DNA from: Clostridiales bacterium DTU087 | GTDB taxonomy: Bacteria > Bacillota > Limnochordia > DTU087 | Length of the DNA stretch: 39,033 nucleotides | Reading direction: 5' to 3' | Assembly (NCBI GenBank): GCA_001513495.1 | Contig: LFTN01000135.1 | Location: 16,454 to 55,486 of the forward strand | Shown here: positions 8,792-17,472 of the stretch, piece by piece | Layout of the letters: each line of letters begins with the position of its first letter | How positions within the stretch are numbered: position 1 is the stretch's first letter | Made by a program: the position numbers and the translations under genes | Notes under the pieces: generated by a model | Told to the model about the DNA's origin: nothing | Seen by the model: only the letters and a program-made list of their open reading frames with translations | Databases searched by the model: none

Positions 8792-10804
8792 ATGAAGAGC
8801 ATAATCCGAAAACTCCTGACGAAGAAAGAGCACAAATTAGGCATGAAGCTTTCCGGCGAAGAGCAGCTGAAACGGCAAGTTACAGCGGTTTACGGCCTTT
8901 TGGCTAATTTGATGGGGTCTGACAAACTGGTGATGAAGGCCGGAAAGCTGGATGCTCTTCACCTGATGCGCTCTGATCGTTTGGAGGAGCGGGTATTGGC
9001 TCTGAAGAAAATCGTGCTGGAGGATCCCACCCTGAGCAATGTGCCTAAACCGGAGGAGATCCCAGAGGAACTGCGGGAGATTGAAGATGTGTTGGCTGAC
9101 CTCTTGGCTCGCCGCACAGTCCAGGAAGCCCTGGAAAAGAAAATGGCAGAGCGGATGGAGGAGCGGCAGGAAGAATATCTCCGGGAGCTCCGGATGGAGA
9201 TATTGAGGGAAGAAAGGGGCCCAGACAATCCCTTTACCCTGAAGAAGTACGCGGAACTGGAGAAATTGGAGCAAAGGAAGCTATCAACATCCATCAATGA
9301 GTATCTAAGGCCCACGGATCTGACAGCGGTAGTGGGCCAGGAGAATGCCATTAAGGCCTTGTTTGCCAAGATCGCCTCACCCTATCCGCAGCATGTGATT
9401 CTATATGGGCCCCCTGGTGTTGGGAAAACCACTGTGGCCCGGCTGATACTGGAAGCTGCCAAGCAGCTGCCGTATACGCCCTTTGAATCTGACGCCGAAT
9501 TTGTGGAGGTGGACGGTACAACCCTGAGATGGGATCCCCGGGATGTGACTAACCCTTTGCTGGGGTCGGTTCATGATCCTATCTATCAAGGAGCCAAGCG
9601 GGATCTGGCCGAGGGGGCAGTCCCAGAACCAAAGCTGGGTTTAGTTACCGAGGCCCATGGCGGAATCCTATTCATCGATGAGATCGGCGAGCTTGATCTC
9701 ATGCTTCAGAATAAGCTGCTCAAGGTGTTGGAGGATAAGCGGGTCAAGTTTGACTCTTCCTACTACGATCCTTGTGATCCCAATGTGCCGAAGTATATAA
9801 GGAAGCTGTTCGAAGAAGGGGCGCCGGCAGATTTCATCTTAATCGGTGCCACAACTCGGGACCCGTCGGAAATCAACCCGGCCTTGCGTTCCCGCTGTGC
9901 TGAGGTGTTTTTTGAGCCCCTGAGCCACAAGGATATTCAATCCATTGTGGCCAGTGCTGCGGAGCGGCTGGGGGCCGAGCTGGAAGCGGGGGTCGCTGAA
10001 TTGATCAGCGAGTACACAGTTGAGGGACGGAAGGCAGCCAGCATTTTAGGTGACTGCTACGGTGTCGCTCTCCAGCGGTGTGGAGCCGGCGGGGACCCGG
10101 CGGGGCCGGTGACGATTACCAGGTCGGACCTGGAAGGTGTGATTCAGACCAGTCGGCTGGTACCCTATGTGACGGTCCAGGCCGATGAAAGCGCGGAAGT
10201 GGGCAAGGTCTTGGGACTGGGAGTCAGCGGCTTTCTCGGTTCTGTCCTCGAGATCGAAGCTGTTGCCTTTGCTGCCAAGGCCCAGAGTAAAGGTACGTTA
10301 AGGTTCAACGAAACCGCTGGTTCCATGGCCAAGGATTCGGTCTTCAATGCAGCCTCAGTGGTGCGGCTGCTCACCGATAAAGAGATCTCCGATTATGACC
10401 TCCATGTAAATGTGGTGGGGGGCGGCAAGATTGATGGCCCTTCGGCAGGACTCGCTGTGACCTTGGCCTTGATTTCAGCCATTGAGGGCATTCCTCTGCG
10501 CCAAGATGTTGCTGTTACCGGCGAGGTCTCACTTCAGGGCAAGATCAAGCCGGTGGGCGGCATTCAAGAAAAGATTTATGGAGCTAAGCAAGCCCAGGTA
10601 AAGCGGGTGCTGGTGCCCATGGAGAATGAGCGGGAGATCCCCAAGGGGCTCAGCGGTATCGAAGTCATTCCCGTGGGCTGCGTTCAAGATGCCTTGGCGC
10701 TGATCTCGGCATCGGAGACATCGACGCCTGTCTCAGCCTCCACCTTTGATGCCAAGACAGTCCAGTGGCCGGCTAAGCATAATCGTCACCGCCTAACCAG
10801 CTAA
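8792..10804 (+). CDS. lonC: Lon-family ATP-dependent protease (LonC/LonB-like)
   Basis: Walker A GPPGVGKT, Walker B LFIDEIGE, protease Ser motif IDGPSAG and Lys in VGGIQEKI; follows rplI. Confidence 0.88.
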   Translation: MKSIIRKLLTKKEHKLGMKLSGEEQLKRQVTAVYGLLANLMGSDKLVMKAGKLDALHLMRSDRLEERVLALKKIVLEDPTLSNVPKPEEIPEELREIEDVLADLLARRTVQEALEKKMAERMEERQEEYLRELRMEILREERGPDNPFTLKKYAELEKLEQRKLSTSINEYLRPTDLTAVVGQENAIKALFAKIASPYPQHVILYGPPGVGKTTVARLILEAAKQLPYTPFESDAEFVEVDGTTLRWDPRDVTNPLLGSVHDPIYQGAKRDLAEGAVPEPKLGLVTEAHGGILFIDEIGELDLMLQNKLLKVLEDKRVKFDSSYYDPCDPNVPKYIRKLFEEGAPADFILIGATTRDPSEINPALRSRCAEVFFEPLSHKDIQSIVASAAERLGAELEAGVAELISEYTVEGRKAASILGDCYGVALQRCGAGGDPAGPVTITRSDLEGVIQTSRLVPYVTVQADESAEVGKVLGLGVSGFLGSVLEIEAVAFAAKAQSKGTLRFNETAGSMAKDSVFNAASVVRLLTDKEISDYDLHVNVVGGGKIDGPSAGLAVTLALISAIEGIPLRQDVAVTGEVSLQGKIKPVGGIQEKIYGAKQAQVKRVLVPMENEREIPKGLSGIEVIPVGCVQDALALISASETSTPVSASTFDAKTVQWPAKHNRHRLTS

Positions 10805-10849
10805 TCGAGAATATCCTTTTGGTGCTAACTAGGAGCAGGAAGGGGACTA

Positions 10850-11740
10850 GTGGTGGCATACGGTTCTGAGAGACGGTTAACGGGCAGTACAGGTGTGCTG
10901 GGCGTCATCGGCGATCCCATCGCCCACAGCCTGTCGCCGGCGATGCAGAATGCCGCTCTGGAAGCCTTGGCACTGGATTATATCTACGTTCCTTTTCATG
11001 TCAATCCTCTGCATGTTGGGGAAGCCATAGCGGGGATGAAGGCCTTTGGGATTAGGGGGCTCAATGTCACCATCCCCCACAAGGTGGCTGTCATTGATCA
11101 TATAGATGAGATTGAACCAGTGGCAGGCCTCATCGGGGCTGTCAATACCATCAGCAATGAGGGCGGCCGGCTTGTGGGCTACAATACCGACGGCAGGGGT
11201 TTCTTGCAGTCCCTTAAGGAAGAAGCAGATCGCGAACCTCCGGGCCAGCGGATAACCATCATTGGGGCAGGGGGGTCTGCCCGGGCCATCGGGTTTCAGC
11301 TGGCTGTTTCCCAAGTTGAGCGCTTGGTCATAGCTAACCGGACCAGGGGCAAGGCCTTGGCCCTGGCAGCTGAGATAGCCGATAAGACCAAGTGCTCCAC
11401 TGTAGGCATTGGCCTTCACCAATTGGAATCATACCTGCCGGCCACCGATATTCTCATTAATACGACTTCCCTTGGTATGCATCCCCAGGTAGATACTATG
11501 CCACCGGTGGAGTGCGGGAAGCTGCCGTCCTCCGCCCTAGTCTGCGATATAGTCTACAATCCTTCCGAAACACTGCTGCTAAGAAAAGCTGCTGCCTGCG
11601 GCTTACCTACATTGCCCGGTTTGGGAATGCTGGTTTACCAAGGGGCAGCAGCACTGGAAATCTGGCTGCAGGTTAAGCCTCCCATCGATGTGATGAAGGC
11701 TGTTGTCAAGCAAGAACTGGAAAACTGCAGCCAGAATTAA
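10850..11740 (+). CDS. aroE: Shikimate dehydrogenase
   Basis: GDPIAHSLSPAMQN, GLNVTIPHK, GAVNT, GYNTDG, GAGGSARA, GLGMLVYQG. Confidence 0.95.
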   Translation: MVAYGSERRLTGSTGVLGVIGDPIAHSLSPAMQNAALEALALDYIYVPFHVNPLHVGEAIAGMKAFGIRGLNVTIPHKVAVIDHIDEIEPVAGLIGAVNTISNEGGRLVGYNTDGRGFLQSLKEEADREPPGQRITIIGAGGSARAIGFQLAVSQVERLVIANRTRGKALALAAEIADKTKCSTVGIGLHQLESYLPATDILINTTSLGMHPQVDTMPPVECGKLPSSALVCDIVYNPSETLLLRKAAACGLPTLPGLGMLVYQGAAALEIWLQVKPPIDVMKAVVKQELENCSQN

Positions 11741-11747
11741 GCCAGCA

Positions 11748-12509
11748 CTAGACGATGGGCGGCTCACCTTTGATGGCTCTGACCAGCTCCATGGCTGCAG
11801 CTACCTTTGGCTTGGGGCCGCTGACTACAAGGCCCACACTGCCCTCGCTGCCTCCTACGCCGCCGCCAGAGACCTGTACTGCTTCGACGCCGCAGAGAAT
11901 GTCCAGGGCCTCTACTTCGGTGATGATCGCAGCACCGACAACGGGAATCATGCCGCAGGCCATGCCCATGGTATCATCAAAAGCATGAATGCCCAGCTGC
12001 CGGACGGCTGCCTCCACTGATGGGATCAGTTTCTCCCGGGACACCGGGATGATCAGATGGCTGCCCCGGGCATACAGTGTACCGAGTGCCGATCCAATGG
12101 TGCCTCCATTGGGAGCTCCCACTAGGACGCCGGCCATGCCCGATGGATCCACAGCATTGGCCCCTTTGATAAACACATCTTTACCGGTAAAATCTTGGAG
12201 AATGTCAAGCCACGGGCGGGAGCTTCTCTCGCCGTTTTCAAAACATACAGGCGTCAGGCGGGTTTCACTGGATGTAGCTGTAAAGACGCCTTGTGTAATA
12301 ACGCCGGCGGTGTAACGCATCTTCTCCACCGGCTCCTGAAGGACTTCCTCGGCGACGTAGGCATTGGTAATGCCGGTGGCTATGATCAGCTTGCCTTGTT
12401 TTCGAGCTGCTTGTACTTGCGGCAAGGCCGCAACTGCTTTGCCGATTAACCGTTTGCCTTCAGAGACAGTCAAAGAGATGAGAGCCTTTCCTGTGCCGTT
12501 GTCCGTCAT
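11748..12509 (-). CDS. Hypothetical protein, possibly NagB/RpiA/CoA-transferase-like fold
   Basis: 253-aa ORF with AGGAG RBS; Gly-rich motifs ATGITNAY, DVFIKGANAVD, GGTIG, GGGVGGSEG; the fold is an inference. Confidence 0.75.
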   Translation of the reverse strand: MTDNGTGKALISLTVSEGKRLIGKAVAALPQVQAARKQGKLIIATGITNAYVAEEVLQEPVEKMRYTAGVITQGVFTATSSETRLTPVCFENGERSSRPWLDILQDFTGKDVFIKGANAVDPSGMAGVLVGAPNGGTIGSALGTLYARGSHLIIPVSREKLIPSVEAAVRQLGIHAFDDTMGMACGMIPVVGAAIITEVEALDILCGVEAVQVSGGGVGGSEGSVGLVVSGPKPKVAAAMELVRAIKGEPPIV

Positions 12510-12543
12510 TGGCTGATCACTCCTCTAGCTCTAATGGGCAAGC

Positions 12544-12747
12544 CTATTGATCCATGGCTTCCAGGTATTGTCGGCAGAGACGGTTGATTTGCCGCTGGGT
12601 CTGGACCAGTACCTCGGTGATCTCTTCCTTGCACTGCCGAACCAGTTCCTCATCGAACAAATTGATTTCAACAGCTTTTAACAGGGTGCTCAGCTGCTGG
12701 TTCAATTCTCGCTGTGTATTGACCAAAGCTTGCCATTGACTTTCCAC
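12544..12747 (-). CDS. Small helical hypothetical protein
   Basis: 67-aa ORF, AGGAGG RBS upstream of GTG, amphipathic heptad pattern, co-oriented with the 253-aa gene. Confidence 0.65.
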   Translation of the reverse strand: MESQWQALVNTQRELNQQLSTLLKAVEINLFDEELVRQCKEEITEVLVQTQRQINRLCRQYLEAMDQ

Positions 12748-12807
12748 GGGTAATAATGCCTCCTACTAAAGTCGGAAGGTGTCTTCTCCCACCAAGTGCT
12801 AAGTTTG

Positions 12808-12836
12808 TATTCGACACCACCATCTGCTGGACCTGC
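12808..12836 (-). promoter_or_regulatory. Putative sigmaH promoter overlapping a consensus Spo0A box
   Basis: Minus strand GCAGGT, 18 bp, GAAT (GTCGAATA); TGTCGAA at 12810-12816. Confidence 0.55.
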
Positions 12837-12852
12837 CGCCCCCAGAGCGCAG

Positions 12853-12885
12853 GTAATAAGGGACAAAAAGAGTACATATAGTACT
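12853..12885 (+). promoter_or_regulatory. Putative sigmaE-type promoter upstream of ddl with overlapping palindrome
   Basis: AATA (12855-12858), 16 bp, CATATAGT (12875-12882); AGTAC-ATATA-GTACT inverted repeat at 12871-12885. Confidence 0.35.
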
Positions 12886-12958
12886 AGAAGACTTTCCAGC
12901 CAGAAGTAGTTGAGACGAAGGGAGAGAAAGGGCCCCTGCTGCCGATGGGGCCTGCAGC

Positions 12959-14140
12959 GTGAAGAAGAAACTGCGAATCGGAGTCATTTTTGGTGGACGT
13001 TCCAGTGAACACGAGGTTTCGCTGATCTCGGCATCCTGTGTTCTCGCTGCGATAGATAAAGACAAGTACGATGTTGTACCAGTAGGTATCACAAAGAAAG
13101 GGCAATGGCTGCTAGGTGACAATGCCTTGACTCTTCTTACTCAATACGCCCAGGCGGAGCTGGAGGGTACAGGAGATCCTTTAGAGGAGCATTTGTTGAA
13201 GCAGCCGGTTCCGGAGGTAGTGCCGGTATCTTTGGTTCCCATCCCTGGAAAAGCCAGCATCGTATCACTGAACCCTCAGGAAAATGCTGTGGCAATGCAT
13301 CATCTCCTCGACGGCCTTGATGCAATATTCCCGGTGCTCCATGGAACCTACGGAGAAGATGGGGCGATTCAGGGCCTTTTGGAGCTGGCTGATGTGCCCT
13401 ATGTGGGGGCAGGGATCACCGGTTCGGCAGTGGCCATGGATAAGGCGATGGCCAAGGCTGTGCTGGCCGCTGGAGGATTTCCGCAGCTGCCGTATTTGGT
13501 AGTGCTGCGTTCCCGGTGGGAACAGGACCCCGAAGGTGTACGGCGGGACATAGAGGCCCGCATTGGTTATCCTTGTTTTGTCAAGCCGGCTAACTTGGGC
13601 TCCAGTGTAGGGATTTCCAAGGTGCGTGAGCCCCAGGAGCTAGATGCAGCACTGGCAGAGGCAGCTCTTTACGATCGAAAGTTGTTGGTGGAGGAGGATG
13701 CCGGCAATGTCCGGGAGGTGGAGTGCAGTGTTCTCGGAAATGATGATCCAGCTGCATCCATACCAGGAGAAATTGTACCTTCTAGAGAATTTTATGACTA
13801 CATTGCCAAGTACCATGACAATAAATCCCAGCTGATTATTCCGGCGCGGATTTCACAGAAGACCAGTGAGAGGATACAAGAACTGGCTGTAGAGGCCTTT
13901 AAGGCCGTTGACTGTGCTGGTATGGCTCGGGTCGATTTCTTCGTAGACAAGGAGACTGAAGAAGTCTACATCAATGAAATCAACACGATACCTGGCTTTA
14001 CTCCTATCAGTATGTATCCTAAGATGTGGGAAGCTAGCGGGCTCTCCTACGGGGAACTAATTGATCGCCTGATTGAGTTAGCTATCGAACGCCATCAGGA
14101 CAAACAGCGCAACGTAACATCATTCAAGCCCAATGGCTAA
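12959..14140 (+). CDS. ddl: D-alanine--D-alanine ligase
   Basis: [52 protein letters not shown]. Confidence 0.96.
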   Translation: MKKKLRIGVIFGGRSSEHEVSLISASCVLAAIDKDKYDVVPVGITKKGQWLLGDNALTLLTQYAQAELEGTGDPLEEHLLKQPVPEVVPVSLVPIPGKASIVSLNPQENAVAMHHLLDGLDAIFPVLHGTYGEDGAIQGLLELADVPYVGAGITGSAVAMDKAMAKAVLAAGGFPQLPYLVVLRSRWEQDPEGVRRDIEARIGYPCFVKPANLGSSVGISKVREPQELDAALAEAALYDRKLLVEEDAGNVREVECSVLGNDDPAASIPGEIVPSREFYDYIAKYHDNKSQLIIPARISQKTSERIQELAVEAFKAVDCAGMARVDFFVDKETEEVYINEINTIPGFTPISMYPKMWEASGLSYGELIDRLIELAIERHQDKQRNVTSFKPNG

Positions 14141-14215
14141 AAGCCGCCGCCAGCCCCCATGGAGACCATCGGCCTGAAGCCGTAACGATATGCCCGGAAA
14201 GGGCAGAAAGGACCG

Positions 14216-14521
14216 ATGTTAATGCGGCGAATAATCAGGATTCTGGCACCAAGGGTGAGGTTGTGGGGGCACCTTCTGTTATTGGCTGCATCGCTGGGGG
14301 TTGTGGGCTGGGCGTGGCTGTTTTATAAAAATGTCTGGGATGCTGCTATTCCAGCGTTTGGTTCACCAGAGCCTTATTTGGAATCCCTGCGCTGGCTGTT
14401 GGCCAGGTACCTCTTGGCCGGCGGAGGCCTGTTGGTCGCGTGGCTGTCGGGCTTAGCCATGGTCCGCTCCAGCACGCCGGGCCGGGTGCATGGGAGCGGC
14501 CGGCAGCGGCAGATGGGATAG
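14216..14521 (+). CDS. Small membrane protein with two predicted transmembrane helices
   Basis: 101-aa ORF with AAAGGA RBS, two hydrophobic stretches, fills the gap between ddl and ABC-F. Confidence 0.6.
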   Translation: MLMRRIIRILAPRVRLWGHLLLLAASLGVVGWAWLFYKNVWDAAIPAFGSPEPYLESLRWLLARYLLAGGGLLVAWLSGLAMVRSSTPGRVHGSGRQRQMG

Positions 14522-14539
14522 TTTTGGGGGAGCAGTTAC

Positions 14540-16450
14540 TTGAGCCTTGTTCAACTGGATGGAATCACAAAACACTACGGAGACAGCCTGGTCTTTGAGC
14601 AAGTTACAGCAGCCATCGAGCGGGGTGATAAGATCGGTCTGGTGGGTCCCAATGGGGCAGGCAAGACTACACTCTTGGCGGTGATAGTCGAAGAGACCCT
14701 GCCGGACAGCGGCGTGCTCCGCATGGCCGGTCAATGCCGCATCGGTTATTTGCCCCAGCGGCCGGAAAGCACCTGGGACATGACCTTGAGGCACCTGCTC
14801 CTGGGGGAGTTCAGTGAGATCCGGGCCATGGCTGATGCCCTGCGTCAGTTGGAGAAAGAGATGGCCTCTCCGGAGGTCTATGAAGATCAGGGGCTTCTAG
14901 ATCAGGTCATGACCCGCTACGGCCAGCTGCAGGAGGAGTTCCGGCTGGCAGGCGGCTATTCATACGAAGTGAAGATGAAGCAGGTCATCTACGGCTTGGG
15001 ATTTACCGAAGGGGATCTTGACCGGTCTGTTGGGGAGTTTAGCGGCGGTGAGAGGGTGCGGGCAGAACTTGCCCGGATACTTTTGGCGGAACCAGATCTG
15101 CTGCTCTTAGATGAACCCACTAATCACCTGGATATGGACGCGACAGAGTGGCTGGAGGGCTACCTGCGGGGATTAAAGCAGGCGGTGGTGCTGGTTTCCC
15201 ATGACCGCTACTTCTTAGATCGAATCTGTACCCGCATTTGGGAATTGGACAACCATCAATTGTTTCAATACAAGGGCAATTTCACCCATTATGTGGAGCT
15301 GCGGCAGGCGAGGCTTGCCCGCCAGGAGGCCGAGTATCAAGCAGCTGCAGCAGAAGCACAGCGTCTGCAGGCATATATCGATCGGTACCGGGCCGGCAAC
15401 CGGGCTAAGCAGGCCCAGAGCCGGGAGAAGCGGTTGGCCAGGTTAAAGCCTGTGTCTAGGCCGTCTAGGACTGGAGCCATGGATTTGGAGCTGTCCTTTG
15501 ACAGCCGGACAGTCAAGCAGGTGCTGCTTACAGAGGAACTGGCCATCGGATATGATGAGAAGCCGCTGGTAAGCGGGTTAGATCTATCTATCCTGCGGGG
15601 AGAACGCTGGGGGATCATCGGCCCCAATGGTGTAGGCAAGAGTACTTTGCTAAAAGTCCTCACAGAAGAGGAGCCTCCTCTAGAGGGCTCATTCGCGTGG
15701 GGGGACGGCGTTTCCATTGGATACTTTCGTCAAGGGTTGGATGACCTGGAGGACAGCAGCACTATTTTAGATGAGGTGTTGGAAGTCCGCAATCTGCCGG
15801 TAGGCGAAATGCGCAGCTTCTTGGCTCGCTTCCTGTTTACAGGGGAGCGGGTTTTCAGCCAGATTGGCAGTCTAAGCGGCGGAGAGCGGTGCCGGGTTGC
15901 ACTGGCCAAGCTGATCCTGGCGCGACCTAATGTCTTGCTATTGGATGAGCCGACTAATCACTTGGACGTGGTCAGCAGAGAAGCTTTGGAGAATGCCTTG
16001 GCAGATTTTCCAGGTACGCTGCTTTTGGTGACCCACGACCGGTATCTGCTGGACAAGCTGGTGACCAACCTCTTGGTGTTGAAATCGGGCGGGTATGAGA
16101 CCTTCGAAGGGACTTACAGTTCCTATCGGGAGTGGAAGCGGCAAAGGGAAGAGGCTGCTGCGGCGGCTGCAGCTGTTGCTGGTCCAGCCCAGGGGAAGAG
16201 GGCCCCTATAAGAGAGCCCAGCAGGGATGTGCAGAAGGAGTTGGCCCAATTAGAAGCAACCATCACCCTGGCTGAGCGGGAACTAGAGCAATTGACCCAG
16301 GAGATGGCGGATCCAGATATCTACTTAGATGGTGAAGCCATCAGATCGGTATCGCTGCGGCACCGGGAGATATCCCAGAATTTGGAACAGCTCTATCAAA
16401 GGTGGGAAGGGCTCATCCTGGAGCTTGAGCAGGATTCCAGACCGCTCTAG
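14540..16450 (+). CDS. ABC-F family ATP-binding protein (YdiF/Uup-like)
   Basis: Two ABC cassettes (GPNGAGKT / SGGE / LDEPTNHLD, twice), helical linker, C-terminal coiled coil, no TM segments. Confidence 0.92.
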   Translation: MSLVQLDGITKHYGDSLVFEQVTAAIERGDKIGLVGPNGAGKTTLLAVIVEETLPDSGVLRMAGQCRIGYLPQRPESTWDMTLRHLLLGEFSEIRAMADALRQLEKEMASPEVYEDQGLLDQVMTRYGQLQEEFRLAGGYSYEVKMKQVIYGLGFTEGDLDRSVGEFSGGERVRAELARILLAEPDLLLLDEPTNHLDMDATEWLEGYLRGLKQAVVLVSHDRYFLDRICTRIWELDNHQLFQYKGNFTHYVELRQARLARQEAEYQAAAAEAQRLQAYIDRYRAGNRAKQAQSREKRLARLKPVSRPSRTGAMDLELSFDSRTVKQVLLTEELAIGYDEKPLVSGLDLSILRGERWGIIGPNGVGKSTLLKVLTEEEPPLEGSFAWGDGVSIGYFRQGLDDLEDSSTILDEVLEVRNLPVGEMRSFLARFLFTGERVFSQIGSLSGGERCRVALAKLILARPNVLLLDEPTNHLDVVSREALENALADFPGTLLLVTHDRYLLDKLVTNLLVLKSGGYETFEGTYSSYREWKRQREEAAAAAAAVAGPAQGKRAPIREPSRDVQKELAQLEATITLAERELEQLTQEMADPDIYLDGEAIRSVSLRHREISQNLEQLYQRWEGLILELEQDSRPL

Positions 16451-16485
16451 GAGAAGTACTTAATGTTGCGGCAGCAACCAGCTGA

Positions 16486-16517
16486 GGCCTTTGGGATGAT
16501 CACCCAAAGGCTAATTT
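16486..16517 (+). terminator. Hairpin, probable terminator after ABC-F
   Basis: GCCTTTGGG-ATGATCA-CCCAAAGGC followed by TAATTT. Confidence 0.55.
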
Positions 16518-16551
16518 GAATGCTGGCAAGTAGTTGCCGGGAGGGATATGG

Positions 16552-17472
16552 ATGGCAGCCGATAATACCAGGGCTTGGCAGATAGAAAACCCTTGGCGGT
16601 TGATTGCTGTGCCTCGGGAACTACTTACAGTCTATCATCGGGTTATAGGTAACGAAGCTGTCCTTCTGTGGCTCCATCTGCAGTGCTTCGGAGAGAACAA
16701 CCTGTTGTCGGATATAGACACTCTGGTGGCTGAGCTCCAGGCCCGTACCGGGTTCTCCCCGGAGACAGTTATGCTGGCTCTCCACCGCTTGGAACAGTAC
16801 GAGCTGGTGGAGATGAAGGAGCGGGTGATCAGACTGAGCCCGCCCCTGACTGCTGAGCAGTTTGCTGCCCGCTTTGCCGGTGAACTGGCTGCCGGCATTG
16901 AAGAAGGGCAAGTTGATGCAGAATTGGCATATGGAGCCCTGGAGGCAGCGGAAGGAGAAGAGCAGGCCTCAGCCGCCGATGCCCTCCCCGAGACCTTGGA
17001 TCTCGACTTGTCCAGTGCAGTGGGGGCTGCCGAGGAAGAGTCGGAGGTTGCAGAAGAGCAGGCCATCTTGGATAAGGAGGCTTTCTCTTCCCCCGAGGCT
17101 GACTTCCAGGCCGTGCTTGATCTCTATCATAAGCGTATCGGCATGATGGGCCCAAAACAGCGGGACAAGCTCCGCTTCTGGGTAGAGGAGTCGGGGATGA
17201 GTGCAGAAGTAGTAGCGGCAGCCATTGACATCACAGCCCGCAAGGCGGAAAATCCACGCATCCAGTACCTAGAAGGGGTTTTGCGCAACTGGTATAATGA
17301 CGGTGTACGGACCTTCGAGGAGGCACTGAAGAAGTATCCAGAGATTGCCGGCGATAGTGAGAGTGCCTCTGCAAGCTATGAAGGAGCCCCCAATGCGGGA
17401 GCATACACTGAAGCTGATCAAGAGCTAATTCAAAAATGGAAGGAGCTTTACCCCGATGAGTATAGCAGCTAA
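16552..17472 (+). CDS. DnaD/DnaB(Bacillus)-domain replication protein
   Basis: N-terminal LLTVYHRVIGNEAVLLWLHL resembling the Bacillus DnaB/DnaD winged-helix region, acidic linker, C-terminal YLEGVLRNWYNDG matching the YxxxIxxxW DnaD-domain motif; ATG 6 nt after GGAGGG. Confidence 0.8.
   Translation: MAADNTRAWQIENPWRLIAVPRELLTVYHRVIGNEAVLLWLHLQCFGENNLLSDIDTLVAELQARTGFSPETVMLALHRLEQYELVEMKERVIRLSPPLTAEQFAARFAGELAAGIEEGQVDAELAYGALEAAEGEEQASAADALPETLDLDLSSAVGAAEEESEVAEEQAILDKEAFSSPEADFQAVLDLYHKRIGMMGPKQRDKLRFWVEESGMSAEVVAAAIDITARKAENPRIQYLEGVLRNWYNDGVRTFEEALKKYPEIAGDSESASASYEGAPNAGAYTEADQELIQKWKELYPDEYSS

Noticed and set aside
12544-12747. Spo0E-like phosphatase
   Set aside because: Size and two-helix pattern fit, but the SQELD signature is absent
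12959-14140. Vancomycin-resistance ligase (VanA-type)
   Set aside because: Omega loop FYDYIAKY is the D-Ala-D-Ala type and there are no vanH/vanX/vanRS neighbours
14540-16450. Antibiotic-resistance ABC-F
   Set aside because: Architecture with C-terminal coiled coil fits housekeeping YdiF/Uup-like proteins; no leader peptide or attenuator seen
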